In this document: piece after piece, positions 39,428 through 47,300 of the stretch
Position numbering within the stretch: position 1 is the first letter of the stretch
Layout of the letters: each line of letters opens with the position of its first letter
Source: Clostridia bacterium
GTDB taxonomy: Bacteria; Bacillota; Clostridia; Oscillospirales; Acutalibacteraceae
Assembly: GCA_017410195.1 (NCBI GenBank)
Contig: JAFQRF010000015.1
Location: 31,553-95,552, forward strand
Length of the DNA stretch: 64,000 nucleotides
Reading direction: 5' to 3'
Translations under genes and position numbers: made by a program
The notes under the pieces: model-generated
What the model saw: the letters and a program-made list of their open reading frames with translations, nothing else
Databases searched by the model: none
Told to the model about the DNA's origin: nothing

Positions 39428-41088
39428 TTTATCCTGAATTTCAGAAGTCTGTTATAGCCGAGTGGATTGATTTTTCACCTGCAAAAATTGCCGTTGACGG
39501 ATATGAAAGCAGCTTTGTAAGTGAGAAATTAAGAGAAAATACCGGCAACACATGTAAAGCTTATACACTTTACATAGATGTTGTTAAGGAAAACACAAGA
39601 AGAACGGAATATATTGAAGAAGCATACCGCATAACAGATGAAAAGTACTTCATGTGCGGCGAAAAAAATGGCGATGATTTCAGAATGACGCTCACCGTTT
39701 CGGGAAAGAAGTCACTTTTCAGAGCGGTTAACAGAATTGCTTCGATGTTGGACGACGGAAAATTCCCCGTCGGTACGGTAGAAGATTATCCTTTGTTTGC
39801 CAAAAGGGGCTATATAGAAGGGTTTTACGGCAATCCTTGGAGTCACGATAACCGAAAAATGATGCTTGAACTCATGTCTTTTTACGGCATGAACACATAT
39901 TATTATGCCCCGAAGGATGACCCTTATCACCGCGACAAGTGGGATATTTTATATCCCGAAAAAGAGCTTTCGCAGCTTACGGAAATTTCTGACCTTTGCC
40001 GTGAAAATTTTGTTGATTTTCACTTCTGTATTGCTCCGGGACTCAGTATGAAATATTCCTCAGAAGAAGATTTTTGTAAACTGGCATGTAAAGTTAAACA
40101 ACTTTACAACATCGGAATCAAAAAATTCGGTCTTCTGGTTGATGATATTCCTGAAAACCTCTGTTTTGAGGAGGATAAAATTGCTTTTGACGGTGAAGCG
40201 GTCAATGCGCACATATATCTTATTAACAGATTTTACGGCTTTATTAAAGATTTGAATTCCGAATGCAGTCTTACAGTTTGTCCGCTCGTTTACCACGGAA
40301 GCGGTGAGGAATACTATGTTTCAAAGCTTGGCAACGGAATCCCGAGCGATGTAAGCATCTTCTGGACGGGAAAAAATATCTGCTCTCAGGAGCTGACAGT
40401 CAGAGAGGCTGTTGTTTTTGATAATGCAACAAATCATAAGCCGCTTTACTGGGATAACTTCCCCGTTAACGATTGCGAAATGTATAACGAAATGCATATC
40501 GGCTATCTGAGCGGCAGAGAAAGGTATCTTTTCCGTTATTCGGAAGGTTTAATTTCAAATACAATGGAGTACTGTCTGTCAAGCAGAATACCTTTACTTA
40601 CGGCTTCGGACTATCTTTGGAATCCCATTGCCTACAGTCCGTACGAATCGTGGCATAAGGCATGTGAAATTGTTCTTGGTGAGAACAAAGAAACACTCAT
40701 GCCTTTCCTTGATAACCTTCTTACCTCTTGTCTGAAGGTTGAAAATTCACCGATGCTGAATTCGGCGCTCGGAAATGCTCAACAAAAACTTTTTGCGGGC
40801 GATATGCCCGGTGCATTTGCAGTTATGGCAGAGTATACAGGCAAACTTTCGAAGTGCTGCGAAGCTCTCAGAACTCTTGATAATTCAATGGTTAAGGAGC
40901 TTATGCCTTGGGCTGAAAAGCAATTCCTTGCGCTTGATGTTATTGAATCCTCTCTTTCGCTTCTGGGAGAAAAATCCGATGAAAATAAGCAGAAAGCAAA
41001 CGATATTCTGCAGAAATATCTTTCGCATTCGAAAACTCTGTGTGACTTTTCTCTCAGAGAGTTTGCAGAAAGGATGCAGACATTATGA
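39424..41088 (+). CDS. GH84 beta-N-acetylglucosaminidase (O-GlcNAcase-like), no signal peptide
   Basis: RGYIEGFYGNPWS, YYYAPKDDPYHR, LVDDI catalytic DD pair, FWTG, WDNFPVND; ATGA overlap with the SIS gene. Confidence 0.9.
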   Translation: MIYPEFQKSVIAEWIDFSPAKIAVDGYESSFVSEKLRENTGNTCKAYTLYIDVVKENTRRTEYIEEAYRITDEKYFMCGEKNGDDFRMTLTVSGKKSLFRAVNRIASMLDDGKFPVGTVEDYPLFAKRGYIEGFYGNPWSHDNRKMMLELMSFYGMNTYYYAPKDDPYHRDKWDILYPEKELSQLTEISDLCRENFVDFHFCIAPGLSMKYSSEEDFCKLACKVKQLYNIGIKKFGLLVDDIPENLCFEEDKIAFDGEAVNAHIYLINRFYGFIKDLNSECSLTVCPLVYHGSGEEYYVSKLGNGIPSDVSIFWTGKNICSQELTVREAVVFDNATNHKPLYWDNFPVNDCEMYNEMHIGYLSGRERYLFRYSEGLISNTMEYCLSSRIPLLTASDYLWNPIAYSPYESWHKACEIVLGENKETLMPFLDNLLTSCLKVENSPMLNSALGNAQQKLFAGDMPGAFAVMAEYTGKLSKCCEALRTLDNSMVKELMPWAEKQFLALDVIESSLSLLGEKSDENKQKANDILQKYLSHSKTLCDFSLREFAERMQTL

Positions 41089-41603
41089 TTGGAATAAAAA
41101 ATCCTGCTCTCCGTGAAGCCTATGAGCGTCTTTATCACAAAACTCCGCTCGGGTTTTACAATTGCGGCAGACTTTGTGACGGGCTTTGCTGCCGTGGCGA
41201 CTGTCAAGGTATGTGGCTTTACCCCGGAGAGGAGGAGCTTTTCAGAGATAAAGAAGGATTTGAGGTTTGTGAAACCGAAGGAAACTACGATTATCCCATG
41301 GTCATTTGCTCCGGAGAATGCAACAGAGAGGAAAGACCGCTTGCGTGCCGCATTTTTCCTGCATTTCCGCTTGTTACGGAGGATGACGGCAAGGTCAGTG
41401 TTGAAGTTATTTATGACCCGAGAGCATCAATGTGTCCTCTTGCACGAAATAAAAAACCGCTTGACCGTGCTTTTATTAAAGAAGTACGCAAAGCGGCGTT
41501 ATATCTTGCACGTGACAAGGAAATTTTTGAATACATGAAAGCTGTCAGTGAAGAAATAACCGAAATCATTGAGTTGAAGAATAAATTAGAAGGTATCTTT
41601 TAA
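41085..41603 (+). CDS. Cys-rich hypothetical protein (CxxxCxxxCC, YkgJ/metal-chelating-like)
   Basis: CGRLCDGLCC, CSGECNREERPLACRIFP, CPL; ATGA overlap. Confidence 0.6.
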   Translation: MIGIKNPALREAYERLYHKTPLGFYNCGRLCDGLCCRGDCQGMWLYPGEEELFRDKEGFEVCETEGNYDYPMVICSGECNREERPLACRIFPAFPLVTEDDGKVSVEVIYDPRASMCPLARNKKPLDRAFIKEVRKAALYLARDKEIFEYMKAVSEEITEIIELKNKLEGIF

Positions 41604-42919
41604 TGAGTAAAATTGGGTTTAAAATAATAATTGTAACCGTGATGATTCTGTCGCTATGTTCGTGCAGAATTACCGTTGAGCCTGAGTTGATTCCGAGTGT
41701 AACAACAACCGAAGCAGGCTACGACTATGTGTCTGCAGCGTCAAAGCTTTCAGCGGCGTCGGGATTATCGGTAACCCCTTCCTTCCTTGAAAATATGGGA
41801 GAATCGGTAACTTCTCAGCTTGTTTCCGCAGTCGATTCGGGTACATACACCGAGAAGACCTGGCTATCTGTTACGGGTTATTCGTATTATGTTACAAAGG
41901 ATATTCTTTCCGGAAATTATACTGCCGAAAACATAAAGGACTGCAGCAATAACGGCAGGGATTTATTTAGCGTTGCGTTTGTCGGCGATATACTTTTTGA
42001 TAAGGATTTTCGTCCTATGGTGCATGCAAATGAAATGGGCGGTGCGCTTAACTGCATAGATAAAGCCGTAATCGATTATCTCAATGCCTGCGATATTTTT
42101 CTTATTAATAATGAGTTTACAATCGGCGAAAGAGGTGAGCCGTTACCCGGAAAAACATGGACATTTCAGGTTGAACCGGATAAAATTCAGCTTTTGAAGG
42201 ATTTGGGTGCGGATATTGTTTCACTTGCAAATAATCATATTTATGACTATGGTGAAGTTGGCTTTTTCGATACGATTGACAATCTTAAAAAGGCGGGAAT
42301 GCCTTATGTAGGCGCAGGTTCAAACCTTGAAGAAGCCGCAAAACCCTATTATTTCATTGTAAACGGCGTTAAAGTCGGCATTGTTGCGGCAAGCTGTGCG
42401 GAAAAAACGACCTCATTCAACCCTGTTGCAACCGTCGAAACACACGGAGTTATGGGTACTTACGACAGCACGGAGTTTATTAAAGCAATAAAAAAAGCGG
42501 ATGCCGAGTGCGACATCCTTGTTGCCTATGTGCATTGGGGAACAGAAAACACAACCGTTCTCGACGAACAGCAGAAAACTCTTGCCCGCGAATATATTGA
42601 TGCAGGCGTTGATGCCGTTATCGGCGGTCATACGCATTGCCTTCAGGGCATGGAATTCTATAAAAACGTGCCTATTGTTTACAGCGTAGGTAATTTCTGG
42701 TTTAACAGCAAGACTCTTGACTCCTGCGTTATAACCCTTGAAGTGGACAGAAAAGGGGACATGGGTATCAGAATTATGCCTCTCAAGCAGCAGAATTGCG
42801 AAACACGTCTGCTTGAGGGCGAAGATGCCCGTGCGCTTTTTGACAGAGTTGAAAGCTATGAGCCTCAGGGCGTTTCGATTGCCGATGACGGCTTGATTAC
42901 TTCTGCTCAGACTCAGTAA
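41603..42919 (+). CDS. CapA-family (PGA_cap) metallophosphatase-fold lipoprotein
   Basis: Lipobox LCSC; VGDI, NNE, SLANNHIYDYG, HWG, IGGHTHCLQG, YSVGNF. Confidence 0.85.
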   Translation: MSKIGFKIIIVTVMILSLCSCRITVEPELIPSVTTTEAGYDYVSAASKLSAASGLSVTPSFLENMGESVTSQLVSAVDSGTYTEKTWLSVTGYSYYVTKDILSGNYTAENIKDCSNNGRDLFSVAFVGDILFDKDFRPMVHANEMGGALNCIDKAVIDYLNACDIFLINNEFTIGERGEPLPGKTWTFQVEPDKIQLLKDLGADIVSLANNHIYDYGEVGFFDTIDNLKKAGMPYVGAGSNLEEAAKPYYFIVNGVKVGIVAASCAEKTTSFNPVATVETHGVMGTYDSTEFIKAIKKADAECDILVAYVHWGTENTTVLDEQQKTLAREYIDAGVDAVIGGHTHCLQGMEFYKNVPIVYSVGNFWFNSKTLDSCVITLEVDRKGDMGIRIMPLKQQNCETRLLEGEDARALFDRVESYEPQGVSIADDGLITSAQTQ

Positions 42920-43223
42920 ATCCGAGCCACGCATATTTTTTCATATCGACCCTGCCGTCAGCAAGAAATTCAATGCCTTCTTCGCTCAGGAGAAGGCGTT
43001 GCATATTCTCGCCTCCGAAAGCAAAAGCAGTTGAAACTTCTCCGTTTCGGGTAACAACACGGTGGCACGGAATTTTACCAGGCTCGGGGTTGACATGGAG
43101 GGCGTAGCCGACTACTCTTGACCATCGGGGATTGCCTGCCATCGCAGCAACCGTGCCGTATGACGCAACTTTTCCTTTGGGTATTTTTCTGACAACCGAG
43201 TAAATTTTATCAAAAGTATTCAT
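42897..43223 (-). CDS. O6-alkylguanine DNA-binding/methyltransferase (MGMT/ATL) single-domain protein
   Basis: IPKGKVASYG, RVVGYAL, PCHRVV, QRLLLSEEG. Confidence 0.88.
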   Translation of the reverse strand: MNTFDKIYSVVRKIPKGKVASYGTVAAMAGNPRWSRVVGYALHVNPEPGKIPCHRVVTRNGEVSTAFAFGGENMQRLLLSEEGIEFLADGRVDMKKYAWLGFTESEQK

Positions 43224-43281
43224 ATTATCACCGTTATTTATTATAATACAAACATTCTATATATGCAACCGAGGTGAAAAA

Positions 43282-43950
43282 ATGCCGAAATATACACATA
43301 TCATATGGGACTGGAACGGAACTCTTCTCAACGATATATCCGCATCGCTTGCAAGCGTGAATGATATGCTCGATATGAGAGGGATGCAGCATATTAATAT
43401 TGACTTTTATAAAGAATGTATCGGAGTGCCTATCAGAAAATTCTATGACCGAGTTTTTGATATGAAGAAAGAAGATTATTCAATTATAATAAAACAATAT
43501 AATGAAGGCTATCTCAGGCATCTTGCCGATTGCGGACTGACTGACGGTGCGTGCGAAGCTATAAAGCATTTCAGAAAATGCGGCATGCATCAGGCGGTTG
43601 TTTCGTCGTCAAATAACGACCAGCTTTGTGCAAATATAAAGAAATACGGACTTGACGGCTGCTTTGAAGCCGTGCTCGGGTCGGCTGATTTTTATGCAGG
43701 CTCAAAGATTGACCGTGCGAAAGATTATCTTGCCGAAACAGGAGGAGAGAGCGAAAAAACGCTTGTTATCGGCGACCTTGAGCATGATGCGGATATGGCA
43801 AAGGAGCTTGGTGCAGACTGTGTTTTGCTTACAAGCGGTCATGAGCATATTTCGCGCCTTGAAAGAGCCGGAGTACCCTTGATTAATGATTTGTTTGAGT
43901 TGATTTGTTATACGGATAACGCTTTGCAAAACAAGCCAATTGTTGATTGA
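43282..43950 (+). CDS. HAD-family hydrolase (DWNGT variant)
   Basis: WDWNGTLL, VVSSS, K, VIGDLEHD. Confidence 0.82.
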   Translation: MPKYTHIIWDWNGTLLNDISASLASVNDMLDMRGMQHINIDFYKECIGVPIRKFYDRVFDMKKEDYSIIIKQYNEGYLRHLADCGLTDGACEAIKHFRKCGMHQAVVSSSNNDQLCANIKKYGLDGCFEAVLGSADFYAGSKIDRAKDYLAETGGESEKTLVIGDLEHDADMAKELGADCVLLTSGHEHISRLERAGVPLINDLFELICYTDNALQNKPIVD

Positions 43951-43984
43951 AATGTATGATTTTATATATGTAAACAAATTTGAA

Positions 43985-44022
43985 AACAGCAGAAAAAACA
44001 AGCTTTTCTGCTGTTGTTTTTT
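43985..44022 (+). terminator. Terminator after the HAD gene
   Basis: AACAGCAGAAAA/TTTTCTGCTGTT 12-bp stem plus T-run. Confidence 0.75.
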
Positions 44023-44313
44023 GGGGAATAGTTTAAATTTGAATTTGAGTTCTGGCATAATTTGCAAAAACAAAACTGTGAATTGTGAACAATTGAAAAA
44101 CAAATTATTTGTAAAAACTAAACAAAAGAACGTCGAGTTCATAATTTGTTCATAATTTATTTACAAAATATTTAAATTATCACACGGACTATGCAACAAC
44201 TCCCTTATAAAGTAAATAACGTAAACTAAGGCATTTTAAATGCCTGCAAAAGGAAACTCCTTGCAAGGGTTTCCGCCGCAAGCTTTTGCGGAAAATTTTA
44301 TGGAGGTGCAAAT

Positions 44314-47300
44314 ATGAAAAAGGCAAAACGACTTTTGGCAGTTTTGTTGACAGCGGTTATGCTTATGACCTCGGCGTGTCTCCCGTCATATGCTTATATT
44401 GCTGAAGAAAACGACTGGCACACACCCACTGACACTAATGTTCACGGTTATTATTTGGATTATGGTCAGGCAGCAGGTTATATTCTCGACTTGCTTGATG
44501 AATTGCTTGCCGATCTAAACTTTTATTTGACCATGGATGACCTTGACAAGAAATTGGGTATCGAAATTTTCGAGGCACAATTAGGTCTTAATTTGGACCA
44601 GCGCCTTTATAACGCGGGAATCTACCCCAATAATGTTAATAGGGTGTATGGTCTTGAGACACCAAATGTTGACGGCGAAAAGGGTTATCTTGATTTAAGA
44701 AATGTTGACTTGGCAATCAGATCTCTCTATGCAGTTGGAGAGGCTCTTACCGGCGGTAACATCTTGATCGGCGCAGCCGGACTGGCTCTCGGTGATCTTC
44801 TTAACAAAGAAACCGGTCTCGGAAGACTCGGCGGTGTTGTTTCTCTGAACTACCTCAGATCAAACAACGATGATATTCTCGTTCTTGAGCATTTTATCAC
44901 AATCGTTGCCGATGCTCTTGCTCCCATCCTCAGAGATATTCTCGGCGGTGAGTTCAGTGTAGGTCCATTTCTTGAAGGAACGTTCAATGATCTTCTGAAA
45001 GATTTTCTTGGTCCCAATGCAGCACTCGACAACATCGGCGGCGCAGTTAAAGATCTTCTTTATTCATTGCTTATCAACTCTCAGGCAGATCAGATTAATG
45101 ACGGCGTTGACTGGGACCCCAATACTGACGGTGTTCAGACACTCTCAACTCTCGATGCAATGGTTCAGAAGCTTGTTGACTGGGCTCTTATCGAAGGTAC
45201 TAACGACACAATCCTGGGCGGCGGCTATTCACTGCTCGGCGCAGGACATGAAGAACTCATGCCTGCTCTTGCAGACCAGCCCGGCGCGGCTAACCTCGGC
45301 GCAGTAGCAATCCAGTCCGACCGTGACCTTGACGGCGCACTCGAAAACAACACGATGAGTTTCTATCAGCTCGTTTCAAACGTTCTTCAGGCTCTTCTCG
45401 GCGGTATGCTTACTCCCATGCTCTCAGACCTCATCGTTGATGCAGTCGGCATTGAAATTACCGAGGCTTATCCCTTCGGTGATCCTTCAATCACAAGCGA
45501 CATGATGTACGGCATGCTTCTCGGCAGCGTAACAAGAGATGAATCCGGTAACCTCAACTCAACTGCAGGTGTTATTGAAAACCTTCTTGTTTCCAACGGC
45601 GCTCCTGAGCTTGAAATCGAAAAATATGATTCCGCAGAGCTTCCTGCAGATACTCCCGTCGGTCATGTAAATGCTGTTATTAAATGGTTCCTTGACGACG
45701 GCGGTCTCGATGCCCTTATCAAGATTGACTACCAGGGTATCCACATTCAGGATAACCTCATGTCACTTCTTAACGACATCGCACGTCTTGCTGTCAACCT
45801 TCTTCCCGGTCTCGGTCTCTTTGCAGGCGGCATGGATCTTGCTTACACAGCAGACGAACTCAACGAATACTGGGCATATGATGCTGATATGAATATTGTT
45901 AACGGCAATGATGATGCTGCTATTGATGCTCTCTATCTCACATATGAAACAGAAGAGATCGTTTACGTTGATACTTATACGGAAAATGCAGACGGTTCAA
46001 AGACACCCAGCATCTACTGCTACTACAGCGACCGTTCGGTTGTTAATACAACCAATCCCGATGCAGCAGACTACATGGACCCCAAGATGATCAGACAGCA
46101 CTATGTAGTTACCACTGATCAGGTATTTGCATGTCTTATCAAGATGGTTCTTGATGATATAATTGAGGGTTGCTACTGGCCTGAATGGGCAGATACAATT
46201 CCTTCCGTTCTTGCTTACGGTCTTGCAGGTCTTGCATCTCCTCTTCTTCCCGAAAACAACTACTTTGCACGTCTTGACGCTTATCACAAGCAGATGACTG
46301 CAAGAGACGGCGGCGACATTTACGATTCAAACGGCGTTAACATCACTCCTATTCCTTATACTGTTGATAAAGAAATCACAATCAAGGATCCCGCAGGTTC
46401 TTACACAAAGACTGTTTCGGTTCCTCAGGCTGCTCTTGATATCGGATGTTCATATCTTGCAGCTTATTTGAATACTCAGCTCGACCTTAATGACGACGAA
46501 AAGCTTGATACCGATACATCACTTGAGAAGTTTGCAGGCGAGTTCCTTGTATGGGGCTTCACAAACTATCTTCCTATGTTCACTGGTCAGATGAACGCAA
46601 ACGGTGTTCTTAATGCATACTACTATTCTGGTGAATATAATTCTGAAACAGAGAATCAGAATCACACCATTGAAAAGGGTGTGTTCATGGATGCCGTTAA
46701 CACATACCTCTGTCAGACATACTCTAACTTTGCTAACAGAACACCCCTCAACGCAGATGATAACGCTGATGCATATGATGCTATCTATACCCTTATAGAT
46801 AACACACTCTTCAAGCTTATTCCCACATCATGGCTTCCCGATATCCACGGTTCACAGCAGTTTGTTCTTGATTGGCTTCTTGGTAATCTCTGCGAGTTTG
46901 ATCTCCAGGGCATCCTCGATCTTCTTACCGTAAACATGGATGCTGATGCAGAGCTTAATCTTCCCGTTATTCAGGTTCTCCTCAGAGTTATTGACCGTGT
47001 GCTTGCGCTTATTGTTAATGACCACTCGATCATTCTCGATATCGGCAGAAGACCTCTTACCAAAACAGACGGCAACGGCAATTATGTCTATGTTGCACCT
47101 TCTGTTGATACTCTTGACAAACTTCTTGATTGCTCAAGCGCAGATGCAGCTCTCCCACAGCTTGTTTATAATCTTCTTATTAGAATCAATGAGTTCAAGA
47201 GACCTCTTCTTGCAACTCTTCTTCCCCTTATCTTCTCGGCAGAATATGAAAGACCCTATGATGAAGAATATCTCGGAAATAAAGGTGTTGCATATTATAA

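Noticed and set aside
43702-44142. 146-aa Phe/Leu/Lys-rich minus-strand ORF
   Set aside because: Low-complexity product of an AT-rich intergenic region, overlapping the HAD gene antisense, with no RBS
44246-44291. AAAGGAAAC...GCCGCAAGC superficially like a c-di-GMP-I riboswitch
   Set aside because: It lacks the GGCAAAC..GAAA..GGGACGCAAA consensus and tetraloop receptor; kept only as generic hairpins
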